Below are positions 63,078-64,000 of a stretch of 64,000 bases of DNA, piece by piece. Below the pieces are notes generated by a model that worked only from the letters and a program-made list of their open reading frames with translations, did not search any database and was not told the origin of the DNA. Position 1 is the stretch's first letter. The number at the start of each line of letters is the position of its first letter. The translations under genes were made by a program, and so were the position numbers. The stretch spans positions 2,108,001 to 2,172,000 of the forward strand of contig JBHGNT010000013.1 in NCBI GenBank assembly GCA_043228905.1, read 5' to 3'. This DNA is from Azolla caroliniana. Its lineage: Eukaryota > Plantae > Polypodiophyta.

Positions 63078-63113
63078 ATGCGCGATCCTTCCACTTGTGA
63101 ACGCGAACGTGTT
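63078..63113 (-). repeat. Right TIR
   Basis: Reverse complement AACACGTTCGCGTTCACAAGTGGAAGGATCGCGCAT; 35/36 identical to the left TIR. Confidence 0.95.
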
Positions 63114-64000
63114 AGTGCAAAATCAGACGCATCCGCCTCGATGGTTAAGGGTTTTTCTAAGTTAGTGTGAAGTAGAATAGGAACAGAAGTGAATGCTCTC
63201 TTTAGGTTTTCAAAAGCTTTGGCCGCATTCGAACTCCATGTGAACGACTTGTTCTTTCGTGTAAGCTCCCTGAGAGGCATCACGATGTTCGAGGAGCTTG
63301 ATAAATTTGCAGTAAAAATTTGCAAATCTTAAGAAACACTGAACATCACGCACTAGGCAAGGTGTTTCCCAATTTAGAACTGTCTGCACCTCTAAGGGAT
63401 CCATAGATATACCTTGTTGTGAAACCACATACCCTAGAAGCTCCACGTGGTTTTGATCAAAGCTACATTTCTCGAGATTGCCATAGAGCCCGTATTCTCG
63501 TAAGCATTGAAGGACTTGGCGGACATGTGTGTCATGCTCTTCTTGACTTTTTCAGTAGATCAAGATGTCATCAAGATATACTATGGTAAATGAATCCAAG
63601 AAGTTGCGAAAAATATCGTTCGCCATGTGTTGAATAACTGCGGACGCATTCGTGAGACCAAAAGGCATAACCGTACTCGAAATGTCCATATCGAGTACGG
63701 AATGCTATCTTCCATTCGTCTCCTAGACATATCCGAACAAGGTTATATGTGCCTCGAAGGTCTAGCTTTGTGAAAACTTTAGCTCCACAAAGACGCTCTA
63801 GTAAACTCGATATCAAGGGTAGAGCATATCTATTTCGAACTATCATTTTGTTTAAACCTCCATAATCTACGACCAATCATAATGACCCATCTTTCTTCTT
63901 GACAAAGAATATGGGTGCACCAGCAGGGCTTTTAGAATGTCGAAGGAATCCATTTGCTAGGTGCTCATCTATATACTCTCGAAGGGCCTTAGTTCAGAAG

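Larger units (their letters stand above)
53695..63113 (+). mobile_element. Full-length Sola1-like DNA transposon (9,419 bp) carrying a ParB-methyltransferase gene
   Basis: 36-bp TIRs (1 mismatch); TSD AGTG at 53691-53694 and 63114-63117; excision restores the host RNase H frame ([24 protein letters not shown]); DDD transposase inside. Confidence 0.92.
51536..64000 (-). mobile_element. Tcn1-like chromovirus (runs off the window end), interrupted in RNase H by the DNA transposon
   Basis: 3' LTR 51536-52021, PPT 52022-52038, chromodomain 52019..52471, integrase 52508..53275 (HD.PMAGHFG, CDVC, SVDFI, SDRGAQF), RNase H 53400-53694 + 63114-63200, RT 63200-64000. Confidence 0.92.

Overview
Eukaryotic, gene-free, transposon-saturated DNA, probably from a bryophyte (moss-like) plant; the host is inferred from the element types. 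About 53 kb is a nest of decayed Ty1/copia and Ty3/gypsy LTR retrotransposons: Tnt1/Tork-like and other Copia elements, two non-chromovirus gypsy elements with an extra 3' ORF, Tcn1-like chromoviruses and a young gag-only element. The standout is a complete 9,419-bp cut-and-paste DNA transposon (53695-63113) with 36-bp TIRs and a 4-bp TSD (AGTG), inserted into the RNase H region of a chromovirus. It carries two divergent genes. On the + strand is a Sola1-like DDD transposase with a probable C-terminal Tudor/SH3-like domain. On the - strand is a six-exon gene for a ParB/Srx-domain protein fused to a bacterial-type beta-class N6-adenine/N4-cytosine DNA methyltransferase. Intron 1 of that gene holds a 51-bp-period array of near-perfect 23-25-bp palindromes. 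All calls are by eye from the sequence; no database searches were run.
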